Origin: Candidatus Poseidoniaceae archaeon
GTDB lineage: Archaea > Thermoplasmatota > Poseidoniia > Poseidoniales > Poseidoniaceae
Assembly: GCA_016777125.1 (NCBI GenBank)
Contig: JADHSC010000004.1
Span: 16,866-80,865, forward strand
Length of the DNA stretch: 64,000 nucleotides
Reading direction: 5' to 3'
Position numbers and translations under genes: made by a program. Below the pieces are notes generated by a model, which was not told the DNA's origin, did not search any database, and was given only the letters and a program-made list of their open reading frames with translations. How positions within the stretch are numbered: the first letter of the stretch is position 1; every line of letters begins with the position of its first letter. Positions 9,251 through 17,993 of this stretch are shown here, one piece after another.

Positions 9251-9915
9251 GCCTTCTTTCCAAGAATTGCCAGTGTACCTGGCTTTCCATCTTGAGCATT
9301 CGCTCGCCAAGCATGAATCTCTTGAAATCCAACGTCCTTCCACATCTGAATCCATTCGTTTTCTGAAAATGTCGACATATGAACATCAAGAGCTTCAGGC
9401 CACCCAAGGCTGTCTTCATGTTCTGCATAATGGTCGATACCAATTACAGCCCAGCCACGTTCTTCTAACCAATCATCATGTATGGATTGCAGCATATTCT
9501 TTGGGTCTTTGAGATAATATAGGAATTCCATTGAATGAACAAATTGATACGTTTTATCAGGTTTCGTTTCAGGGAATTTAGCACAATGATAAGCATTGAT
9601 GAAATCAACTTCCTTTGCTTTCTCAATCATATGTTCTGCACCGTCATAGCCAACGGCTTCAACGCATGCAGGATGCTGAGATAGTTTCCTTACAACCCAG
9701 CCATTTCCGCATCCGAGGTCTACTGCTGAAAACGCTACGCGATCAGCTAACACTCGCTCTAAAGCAACATCGATCATTTCATTCACAGCGCCCGCATGAC
9801 CTCGTTCCATTCCTTCATCCTTGCCGAGATGCGCCCATTGATTGAATACCTCCGTTGCTTCCTTCATGACTCTCCGAAGGGGTAGGTGAAAAAAAGGCAT
9901 CGAAAGCAACATCAT
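9247..9915 (-). CDS. Class I SAM-dependent methyltransferase (small-molecule type)
   Basis: SAM-binding motif I VDLGCGNGWVVRKL followed by an acidic motif II region. 222 aa. Tail-to-tail 4-bp overlap with the AddA-like gene. Confidence 0.65.
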   Translation of the reverse strand: MMLLSMPFFHLPLRRVMKEATEVFNQWAHLGKDEGMERGHAGAVNEMIDVALERVLADRVAFSAVDLGCGNGWVVRKLSQHPACVEAVGYDGAEHMIEKAKEVDFINAYHCAKFPETKPDKTYQFVHSMEFLYYLKDPKNMLQSIHDDWLEERGWAVIGIDHYAEHEDSLGWPEALDVHMSTFSENEWIQMWKDVGFQEIHAWRANAQDGKPGTLAILGKKA

Positions 9916-9936
9916 CCGACTTCACTTGGAAGTATC

Positions 9937-10896
9937 ATGAGCATCAACACACAATCAATCGACGACGTCTTGTTTCCAAAGATTGAGGCATATTCAACCG
10001 GTATGCTGGGGGTTTCACAACGACACACAATTGCTTGGGAATGCAGCGGAAATCCAGATGGGATTCCAGTCATTGTCATTCACGGTGGACCGGGCGGCGG
10101 AAGCCAACCATCGTACCGCCGGTATTTCGATCCACAGAAATGGAACATCATTCAATTCGATCAGCGAGGATGTGGTCAATCAACCCCATATGCAGACCTT
10201 GAAGAAAATACAACCATGCATCTGGTTTCAGATATTGAAGCTCTACGTGAACATTTTGGAATTGATTCATGGCATGTTTTTGGAGGTTCATGGGGATCAA
10301 CACTTGCCCTCATCTATGGCCAAAACCATCCAGAACGTGTTCGTTCTTTCATATTGAGAGGAATCTTCATGTGTCGAAAATCTGAACTTCACTGGTTCTA
10401 TCAAGATGGTGCAAGCCATGTATTCCCCGATGCATTTGAGCCATACTTTAACCACATTCCAGTAGATGAACAAGACGCTCTTATTCCAGCATATTACAAA
10501 CGGCTAACAGACGAAGATGCAGAAGTTCGAAGAGCTGCTGCCAAAGAATGGACGCGTTGGGAGATGGCAACGAGTCGCCTCTTTCCAGATCCGTCCTATC
10601 TCGAAAAGGCCGAGGATCTTGACTTCGCAGTTGCATTCGCTCGAATAGAATGTCATTATTTCATCAATGGAATATTCGTTGAAGAAGCTTACATACTGAA
10701 TAATTCGTCAATTATCGAACATATTCCTGCTGTAATTGTACAGGGGCGATACGACATGGTTTGTCCAGTGAAAAGTGCTTGGGAATTGCACAAAAAATTA
10801 CCTTCCTCAGAACTCATCATCGTTCCAGATGCTGGACATTCGATGGGCGAAGTGTCGATTGCAAAGTCCTTGGTTGATGCGACCAATACCATTTAG
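9937..10896 (+). CDS. pip: Proline iminopeptidase (prolyl aminopeptidase, alpha/beta hydrolase S33)
   Basis: HGGPGGG oxyanion motif and GGSWGSTLAL nucleophile elbow (GxSxG). N-terminal LFPKIEAYSTGMLGVSQRHTIAWECSGNPDGIPVIVIHGGPGGG is typical of Pip. Start moved to the internal ATG at 9937; the track ORF from 9886 overlaps the upstream methyltransferase. Confidence 0.85.
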   Translation: MSINTQSIDDVLFPKIEAYSTGMLGVSQRHTIAWECSGNPDGIPVIVIHGGPGGGSQPSYRRYFDPQKWNIIQFDQRGCGQSTPYADLEENTTMHLVSDIEALREHFGIDSWHVFGGSWGSTLALIYGQNHPERVRSFILRGIFMCRKSELHWFYQDGASHVFPDAFEPYFNHIPVDEQDALIPAYYKRLTDEDAEVRRAAAKEWTRWEMATSRLFPDPSYLEKAEDLDFAVAFARIECHYFINGIFVEEAYILNNSSIIEHIPAVIVQGRYDMVCPVKSAWELHKKLPSSELIIVPDAGHSMGEVSIAKSLVDATNTI

Positions 10897-10967
10897 CCTC
10901 AAAATTCACTCTAGGTGGGAAATCGCGAGTATATATCTGATAAGGGAGAAGGAAGGAGTTCTCAATC

Positions 10968-12702
10968 ATGGCAAGAGATTCAGGTCACGGGACTCACAAA
11001 TCCTTTCGATTGTTTATCTACTTGGGAATGCTATTATTGATGCCTATGGTATGGCAGAAAACGACACAATCCCGTCCGTTGATTGCTCCACAGTCTCTGT
11101 GGAAGCTGGATCTGAAACCGACTGCACTCTTGATCTAAGCGACCACCCTGGAGTGTCTTCAATTCGATATGAATATGTTCTTTCTTCTACGAATACAGAA
11201 ACACTTTCATCAGTAATAGGTACAGGAGCAGCTCATACTTGTGGTATACTTGAAAATGGTTCTGCAATGTGTTGGGGACGTGATGCGAATGGCCAACTTG
11301 GAGATGGTGGTGAGGCGGCAACGAATATCAGGCCGAGCACGTATGTTGATGTGCCAAACGATGTCATGATATCACAAATCTTTGCTGGGCCATTTAGGAC
11401 GTGCGTAATTCTAGCAACGATGCAACACAATGTTGGGGATTTAACGAAAATGGTCAAAGCGGTGATGAATCCACAAATACCTACAAATCACCAACGAATC
11501 CTGTGAATTTCCCAGATGGACGAGTTGCTAAATCAATAGGAATGGGGCATAAACACACATGTGCAATTTTAGATAACGACCAACTTGCATGCTGGGGTGC
11601 TGACTTACATGGCGCTCTAGGGAACGGAGAATCAACTTCTGAAGATCAATATTCACCTGTGATTATACAAACTCCCGCAGATCGAACACCTATCAAGGTT
11701 GAAGCAGGAGTAAGCCATACATGTATTCTCATGGATGATGGAGGAATTATGTGTTGGGGTAGAGACAACGTAGGGCAACTCGGCAATGGAGAGAGTAACC
11801 CAACCGCTTACGCTCCTGCATCAGATACCATATTGCCAGAAGGAAGGGTTGCAACGGATCTTTCTCTTGGTAACGAACACGCATGTGCAATTTTAGACAA
11901 CGGCTCTGCAGTTTGTTGGGGAATGAACAATTACGGACAACTTGGAGATAATTCTACAACGAATGCCAAAAGCCCTACGCTTGTACATTTGCCAAATGGA
12001 ACTAAAGCGACTAAGATCAGTTCAGGGTCTGCACATACATGTGCAACAATTGAGAATGGAAGTTTGTATTGTTGGGGGCACAACAAAAATAGTCGCCTAG
12101 GCCTTGGAACGAGCGGAGGAGTTCACACAATCCCAATGTTTGTATCTGCAAATCAAAGCATCGTCGAAATTAGCGCTTCAGCGGAACACACATGTGTTCT
12201 TTCTGAGAACGGGTCAATCTCCTGTTGGGGGCGTAATAATTACGGTCAACTAGGATTGGGACATACCGGTGAACGAAATACTCCAAATCAATTAGATTGG
12301 AACATTGCTCCATTTTCATCCATATATGGTCCTGCTCCAGTTGAGACGTGGGAAGATGCACAACCCTTGAGAGGACGAGCAACTTCTGGTGAGAATAATG
12401 TTTGGACTGTTCGCTTGGATGTTCCAGAATCGACTGAATTAGGGAACTATGACTTAGAAATTACGCTCCTGAAAATAGGAGGGGTGCGCTCAACACTGGT
12501 CGTAGATGATGCACTTCAGATTTCTGAGAAGAGTACGTCGGAAGAGTTGGAAGATCGAAACATCATCTACATGGCGGTTGGAGGAGGGGCGGCTGTACTG
12601 TTCTTATTGCTTCTATTCTTTAGGAAAAAGGGTACAGAATCGCCAGATTTCCCAGAAATAAAGAAACGTAAGCCTCGAGAAGGGCCATCACAGAAATTCT
12701 AA
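10968..12702 (+). pseudogene. Membrane-anchored RCC1 (regulator of chromosome condensation) beta-propeller repeat protein, apparently interrupted by two -1 frameshifts (or assembly indels)
   Basis: Three consecutive reading frames carry one gene. Frame 0 (10968..11132) encodes a signal-peptide-like MARDSGHGTHKSFRLFIYLGMLLLMPMVWQ. Frame 2 (ATG 11051..11506) encodes RCC1 repeats HTCGILENGSAMCWGRDANGQLGDGG. Frame 1 (11401..12702) continues mid-repeat with ...NDATQCWGFNENGQSGD and six more HTC...CWG.N.YGQLG repeats. It ends with a C-terminal TM anchor AVGGGAAVLFLLLLFFRKKG. The repeat TCVIL|SNDATQCWG is split across frames at about 11402..11420. Confidence 0.45.
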
Positions 12703-12814
12703 TGCCTCTAATGATTTAGCATATGGAGTCCTACAAAAACAGTCTCAATGAAGCGTCGGCTTCATAGTGTATAGGCGGCTGGGATGAATCGGAGGCATTC
12801 CTCCAGGTGAGTAA

Positions 12815-13597
12815 ATGACTGAAGAAGGGACAATCACTCCAGAAATTCAAATCAATCAACTTGAAGACGCTTTAGCAACGGAAACAGACCGTTTGAAGAA
12901 GCTCTTCGCTGCATACGAAGCGCAAGAAAAAGAACTTGTAGATACACGTGCAGAAATCGAAGTTCTTGAGAAAGAAATTATCGATAAAGAAATTGAGCGC
13001 GAAGCACAAGAATCACTCATTGCTGAAAAGGATTTCAGAATACGTGAACTCGAGATGAAGGCTACCAAGGCCGACAAGCGCGTCGAACATCTTCAACCAG
13101 CTCTCCAAACAATGGAAGAGAAATATTCACGTGAGAAAGATCGTCTCGGCAAAGTCTTCGGAATTGCAGAAGAACTTGACAATGATTTGAAACTCGCAGT
13201 TACTGAAATGAAGGCTCGAGATGATTGGTATGTGTCTCACATGACACTCTTCGAAGACCTCAACAAGGCCATCAAGGAACGATATGAGATGATTGAAAGA
13301 GCAGTTGAATCTGAACGACAATCTCAACATATGTCTCGTGCATTCACAGAAAGAATGGATGAGATGGTTGAAGCCAGAGCAGAAGAAATGACGAATCAAG
13401 AGCCTGAAGCACCCGCTGAAGAGGCTGATGAACCTGAAGAAGTCGTTGAAGAAGCACCTTCCGAAGAGACAGTCGAAGAAACCGAAGAAGAATCCACAGA
13501 AGAAACTCCTGTGGAATCTGCTGAAGAAGAGGTCGCTGAAACTTCTGAAGAACCTGCAACATGGAACGCTGATGTCGATCCATGGGCAGACAACTGA
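12815..13597 (+). CDS. Coiled-coil protein with a highly acidic C-terminal tail (hypothetical)
   Basis: 260 aa. Heptad-like E/K/L-rich sequence with a C-terminal EE/ET/EEA low-complexity region. GGTGA Shine-Dalgarno-like element upstream of ATG 12815. Confidence 0.45.
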   Translation: MTEEGTITPEIQINQLEDALATETDRLKKLFAAYEAQEKELVDTRAEIEVLEKEIIDKEIEREAQESLIAEKDFRIRELEMKATKADKRVEHLQPALQTMEEKYSREKDRLGKVFGIAEELDNDLKLAVTEMKARDDWYVSHMTLFEDLNKAIKERYEMIERAVESERQSQHMSRAFTERMDEMVEARAEEMTNQEPEAPAEEADEPEEVVEEAPSEETVEETEEESTEETPVESAEEEVAETSEEPATWNADVDPWADN

Positions 13598-13602
13598 GGT
13601 GA

Positions 13603-14460
13603 TTGAAGTTGGGAGGCCTCGCTCAAGGAGGCCATGCTCCTGTTGCTACATTTTTACTTGCAGGCATAGCAATTCTTGTGGGTGGAATCTATCTTGATTC
13701 CTTGTATGGACTAATGCCCTTAGCAGGAGTTCTTTGCCTCATGGTTTCAGTCTTCTTTGCCAATTTCTGGAGAGATCCCGACCGACCAATTCCACAAGAG
13801 AAAGGCATCTTGGTTTCACCTGCAGATGGACACGTTATGTTCGCCCGCAGAGAGCGAGCAACAGGCCGCCGCCCATCGAAAGAAGAACGAGAAACTTCAT
13901 CGATTGAAACAGATGTTCACACAGGTGATTGGTTCCCACAACCATGCGAGAATCCACTCGACTTCACTACTGAACAACGATTTGAACCAGCAGATACACC
14001 TGGCCCAGATGATGTCTGGAGGGTTGCAATCTTCATGTCTCCACTTGATGTTCACGTCAACCGAGTTCCTTTCAATTCTACGATTGTCGCTATGGAACAC
14101 AGAACCGGGAAGGGGCGAAGGAGAGGTCCTTTTGCAGCAGCATTCCGTAAGGAAAGCGAATACAATGAGCGAGTTCGAACAGTTCTGGAAGGCGAAGATG
14201 GGGGTCGAATCGAAGTCATGCAAATTTCAGGGGCACTCGCTAGAACGATTGTTCCATGGACAGGCATCGGAGATTCGCTCCGACGTGGCGAACGATACGG
14301 TATGATCCGATTAGGGAGCCGCGTTGATGTTCGTGTTCCAGCATCATTGTACACTCCGAATGTAATTTCAGCAGAGGATGGAGATTCTGCTTATCCTAAA
14401 GGCCAATTCATCAAAGCAGGATTAGATATTATCTTCAAACCAATAACGGAAGAAGAGTAA
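13603..14460 (+). CDS. psd: Phosphatidylserine (archaetidylserine) decarboxylase proenzyme, small membrane-anchored type
   Basis: Motifs GILVSPADGHV and IFMSPLDVHVNRVP match the Psd consensus xSPxDG ... LSPxDYHRxH. An IRLGSRVDV autocleavage-like GS site lies near the C-terminus. N-terminal TM helices are present. The track start is TTG 13603; an alternative ATG start is at 13714. Confidence 0.7.
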   Translation: MKLGGLAQGGHAPVATFLLAGIAILVGGIYLDSLYGLMPLAGVLCLMVSVFFANFWRDPDRPIPQEKGILVSPADGHVMFARRERATGRRPSKEERETSSIETDVHTGDWFPQPCENPLDFTTEQRFEPADTPGPDDVWRVAIFMSPLDVHVNRVPFNSTIVAMEHRTGKGRRRGPFAAAFRKESEYNERVRTVLEGEDGGRIEVMQISGALARTIVPWTGIGDSLRRGERYGMIRLGSRVDVRVPASLYTPNVISAEDGDSAYPKGQFIKAGLDIIFKPITEEE

Positions 14461-14477
14461 TCTCAAGAGGGAATATC

Positions 14478-15644
14478 ATGCTAGACCGTCACTCATCAAC
14501 ACTCCTCGGTGGAGATGAAAAGAGTCTGAAAATTCACGACTTGGTCAAAGCTCCTGCAAATACTCCTTGGGCGAAAGAGCGTCAACAATCGTGGGACGCG
14601 AGCAAACCAGCTACTGTATATCACACGCCTGAAATGACGGCTGATGGAGAGCCATGTACTGCTGTTACAGTTATTCTAAGAACGAAAGGATGCCATTGGT
14701 GGTGGTCTTCAGGATGTACATTCTGCGGGTATTTTAACGATACACGAGATGATGTAACAAGTGATGATCTTCATGCACAATGGAATGAAGCGAAGAAAAA
14801 GTACAACGATTTCGAAGGTCATTCGATGGTCAAAGTCTACACTTCAGGGTCTCTTCTTGAAGATCGTGAAATCCCGGTCGATTTCCAAGAAACTGTTCTA
14901 ACCGACTGCCATACCCTTGGGAAAGAATTGATTGTTGAAAGCCGCACTGAACAACTAACAGACGAAAAGTTAGCCTGGGCATCTTCACTGAATCCATCAT
15001 TCACTGTTGCTATTGGCTTAGAAGCATACGACGACGAAGTCCTTCGCTTCCACGTCAACAAAGGATTCTCTGTCGCTTCTTGGGACAGAGCCGTCGAACG
15101 TCTTGAAAAATATAATTTGAGAATTAAAACATATTTGATGTTCAAACCACCGTTCATGAGTGAAGCTGATGCTTTGGACCACTGCATAAAGTGGATTGAA
15201 TCCGTAGCAGAACAAAGCGACGAGATTTCAATAAATCCAATGAATATTCAACGAGGGACAGTCATTGATCGCCTTCACCGTCATCAGGAATACAGACCTC
15301 CGTGGCTTTGGTCATTGGTTGAACTCATTCAGAAGAGCCATCATATCGTCCATCCAAAGGGCGGAATGAATGGTGATGAAGACCAGATTTCCCGCCTTAT
15401 TATTCATCCAACTGCTGGCGGTAAAATCAGAGGCTCCCACAACTGTGGCGAATGCGATCCTGAAGTCGTAGCGGCAATTGAGAGATATGCTGTTTCAGGC
15501 TCATTGGATGAATTCACGGGTCTTGATTGTGAATGTAAATCACTCTGGCGCAAAGAATTAGAAAACGACCGAACAATCCCTGTTCCATTAGGAACTTCCC
15601 GACCGCGAAGAGGCTCGATTATCGAAATGCTCCGCTCATCTTAG
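14478..15644 (+). CDS. Fe-S protein of the radical-SAM-like archaeal family with a non-canonical Cys motif (function unknown)
   Basis: Contains TKGCHWWWSSGCTFCGY (Cx7CxxC) about 70 aa from the N-terminus. A second Cys pair CGECD sits near the C-terminus. 388 aa. AGAGGG Shine-Dalgarno-like element before the ATG. Assignment to the radical SAM superfamily is tentative. Confidence 0.35.
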   Translation: MLDRHSSTLLGGDEKSLKIHDLVKAPANTPWAKERQQSWDASKPATVYHTPEMTADGEPCTAVTVILRTKGCHWWWSSGCTFCGYFNDTRDDVTSDDLHAQWNEAKKKYNDFEGHSMVKVYTSGSLLEDREIPVDFQETVLTDCHTLGKELIVESRTEQLTDEKLAWASSLNPSFTVAIGLEAYDDEVLRFHVNKGFSVASWDRAVERLEKYNLRIKTYLMFKPPFMSEADALDHCIKWIESVAEQSDEISINPMNIQRGTVIDRLHRHQEYRPPWLWSLVELIQKSHHIVHPKGGMNGDEDQISRLIIHPTAGGKIRGSHNCGECDPEVVAAIERYAVSGSLDEFTGLDCECKSLWRKELENDRTIPVPLGTSRPRRGSIIEMLRSS

Positions 15645-15746
15645 AACACCAAATATACGGCCTTGTTCGATGGATGGCTTAGTGAATGTTTATCACCACG
15701 TTTCAAGTCGCAAACATGTCCATCTCGGATTCATTTAGGTGATGCA

Positions 15747-16019
15747 ATGTCGAACAGTACAGAACTCCCCGATGCAGTCATAGGAACTGCGGAACCGTCG
15801 TCCAGTCGAATTATGTTGGTTTTACTCTCTGTAGTAGCCATTGGTATGTTCGGCCTGTTTAGTACAATCTTTGGGTGGGACAACATTCCAGTCATAGGAG
15901 ATATCGTTCCATTAATGTCAAATCTTGGCGGTTCGGGAATCTGGTATTATCTTCTTGGATTCATTATTGGAATTGGAGCGATTGCCTCCACATTAGCGGG
16001 AGAGGTAATCTCGGAGTAG
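15747..16019 (+). CDS. Small membrane protein (2 TM), hypothetical
   Basis: Predicted hydrophobic helices LVLLSVVAIGMFGLFSTIFGW and WYYLLGFIIGIGAIASTLAG. Lies 10 bp upstream of the EF-hand membrane protein. The track start at 15663 is TTG; ATG 15747 is preferred. Confidence 0.3.
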   Translation: MSNSTELPDAVIGTAEPSSSRIMLVLLSVVAIGMFGLFSTIFGWDNIPVIGDIVPLMSNLGGSGIWYYLLGFIIGIGAIASTLAGEVISE

Positions 16020-16028
16020 GTGATTTGA

Positions 16029-17993
16029 ATGGAAGCAGTATTTATCGCACTATTTTTCTTCTTTACCGTCGTTGGGTTTTCAACGTTCTATCTCCAGAAA
16101 GGAATTGGCACCATGGCCGATCCTATGCGCCAATTTGGATTGTTCCTTCTCAACAAAGCACCAGCAGGTATTGTTGATTTGTTCAATGACGAAAAGGGCA
16201 GTGGAGCAAAGACTTGGATGAACCTTGGAATGATTTGGCTGACTCTTGCAGCTATTGGAACATTCCTTTCCCTTTGGCATGATTATGATCCAGCCGCACT
16301 TGACTCTCTTGCGAGTATCGGATGGGCATATGACGACGGCAGTGCCCTCGCCACATTTGTTAACGCAACTCTAATCACAGGTCTTTTCTCTATTCTTCTC
16401 GGTGGCGGCCTAGTTGCAGTTGCTCGAAGCGGTGCAGGTAAAATGGCCAGTGAGTCAAATGCGAGTTTGACTGCGCTTCTCTTCAGCGTCCTCACTGCAG
16501 CAGCTCTTCTCCTTCCAACAATTCTCGGCCTTCTGGCCGACCTTAGCGCTGAAAATGAAACACTTCTCCAGGATTTGTTCATGCATTCTCTGCGTGCATT
16601 CATCATCATCGCAGTTATGATCAACGTTCTTCTTACAGTTGCTCAACGCAAGGGTGAGACTATTCAGGCGAGTAATTGGTTCGTCTTTATGGCTCTTGCA
16701 TCCTTCATCTTTGGTTCACAATTCCGATTCTTTGGTGAATTAGCCGACTCTACACAAGTTGTTTGGCTTGGTGAAAGAATGACTCAATCTTGGGTTATGA
16801 TTTCTCTTTTCTTTGCAGTTGCATATCATCTTGTTCCACGTGCAGCAAGCCGTCCAATTTGGTCTGATTCAATGACAAAGGCAAGCATGCTCCTTCTCTT
16901 CTTTACGCTTCCACCGTTCATGATGTCCTCTGCAGACGCTGGTACGCTACTCGAGAATCTTGGTGCTATTCTAATGACGCTTGCACTTCTGCCTATTTTC
17001 GCAGGCTCAGTCAACATCATCATGACTGCAGCAGGAAACGCCACTGGCATAGTTGCTCGTCCCGGGGCTATGGCAGCAACTCTCGCAATGATTGCATTCC
17101 CAATCTTTGCCATCGGAGGCTACTTCACTTCCCTGGATGTTTTCATCGGGCTGGGAACACTCAATGACATGGCTACAACCGTCGATATCGGATTCCTATG
17201 GACTGTAGGTGGACTCATGGCAGTTGCCTGTATCAGTGAATCATACCCACTTGCTGCAAACCGTCAATTGGCCTCTTCTTCCTCCGCATCTCTAACCACA
17301 CTCTTCGTCGCCTTTGGTGGCATCACTTCGACCGTTGCAAAGATCATGGGAGACTTCACCGAAAAGGCTCTGCTCGAATCTGGCAGTGAAGATATTGTAA
17401 TGACCGATGGCGGATTTAGTTTAACGGCAGCAGTTCTGTTCTATGTCGCCTCGATTGGTATCATTCTCCTTTTCATGAATCTCATTCGGACTTCTGTCGG
17501 TGGAATGAAGACCGATACGACCGCATCGATAACTTCCGACATTGCTCGTTACTCACTTCAGACAGGTGAATCCTCAATCCGTAAACTCTTGCAACGAGGT
17601 GTCGGTGTCGATACTGTTCTCGTAGTTGGTGCGGATGTTGAAGATGAAGGAGGAGTCGAAATAATCGAAGTTTCCTCAACACTTCACAACGATGAAATCT
17701 CAGAATTCCCAGTCGTAAAAACCGAACTTGAAATGCTTTCAGACTATTTGGAAAAGAAGAGCATGACCATCTTCGAATTCTTTAGATCCATTGATTTGGA
17801 CGATTCAGGAAACATCGATGGATTTGAATTACAACAGGCTCTCATCAATTCTAACATTGCAGACCTTCCTCCATGGGATGTAATCAAGCTCATGGAAATG
17901 ATCGATCTCGATGGTGATGGTCGAATCAACCTTCCTGAATTAGATATTGCAATTGCCCGAGTTCGACCAAACCCATTCTCTGAAGAAGAGTGA
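16029..17993 (+). CDS. Polytopic membrane protein with a C-terminal cytoplasmic pair of canonical EF-hand Ca2+-binding loops
   Basis: About 12 hydrophobic segments over the first ~480 aa. C-terminal loops DLDDSGNIDGFELQQAL and DLDGDGRINLPELDIAI fit the 12-residue EF-hand consensus (D1, D3, S/D5, D/N9, E12). AGGTGA precedes the ATG. Confidence 0.6.
   Translation: MEAVFIALFFFFTVVGFSTFYLQKGIGTMADPMRQFGLFLLNKAPAGIVDLFNDEKGSGAKTWMNLGMIWLTLAAIGTFLSLWHDYDPAALDSLASIGWAYDDGSALATFVNATLITGLFSILLGGGLVAVARSGAGKMASESNASLTALLFSVLTAAALLLPTILGLLADLSAENETLLQDLFMHSLRAFIIIAVMINVLLTVAQRKGETIQASNWFVFMALASFIFGSQFRFFGELADSTQVVWLGERMTQSWVMISLFFAVAYHLVPRAASRPIWSDSMTKASMLLLFFTLPPFMMSSADAGTLLENLGAILMTLALLPIFAGSVNIIMTAAGNATGIVARPGAMAATLAMIAFPIFAIGGYFTSLDVFIGLGTLNDMATTVDIGFLWTVGGLMAVACISESYPLAANRQLASSSSASLTTLFVAFGGITSTVAKIMGDFTEKALLESGSEDIVMTDGGFSLTAAVLFYVASIGIILLFMNLIRTSVGGMKTDTTASITSDIARYSLQTGESSIRKLLQRGVGVDTVLVVGADVEDEGGVEIIEVSSTLHNDEISEFPVVKTELEMLSDYLEKKSMTIFEFFRSIDLDDSGNIDGFELQQALINSNIADLPPWDVIKLMEMIDLDGDGRINLPELDIAIARVRPNPFSEEE

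Noticed and set aside
9126-9512. Plus-strand ORFs overlapping the methyltransferase gene (9126..9512, 9615..9845, 9983..10357)
   Set aside because: They are antisense or out-of-frame to CDSs with clear motifs (SAM motif I; pip GxSxG).
13127-13635. Minus-strand ORFs antisense to the coiled-coil and psd genes (13127..13399, 13344..13583, 13396..13635)
   Set aside because: They are antisense to an ORF with a Shine-Dalgarno-preceded ATG and coherent coiled-coil and acidic-tail composition, and are driven by GAA-repeat low complexity.
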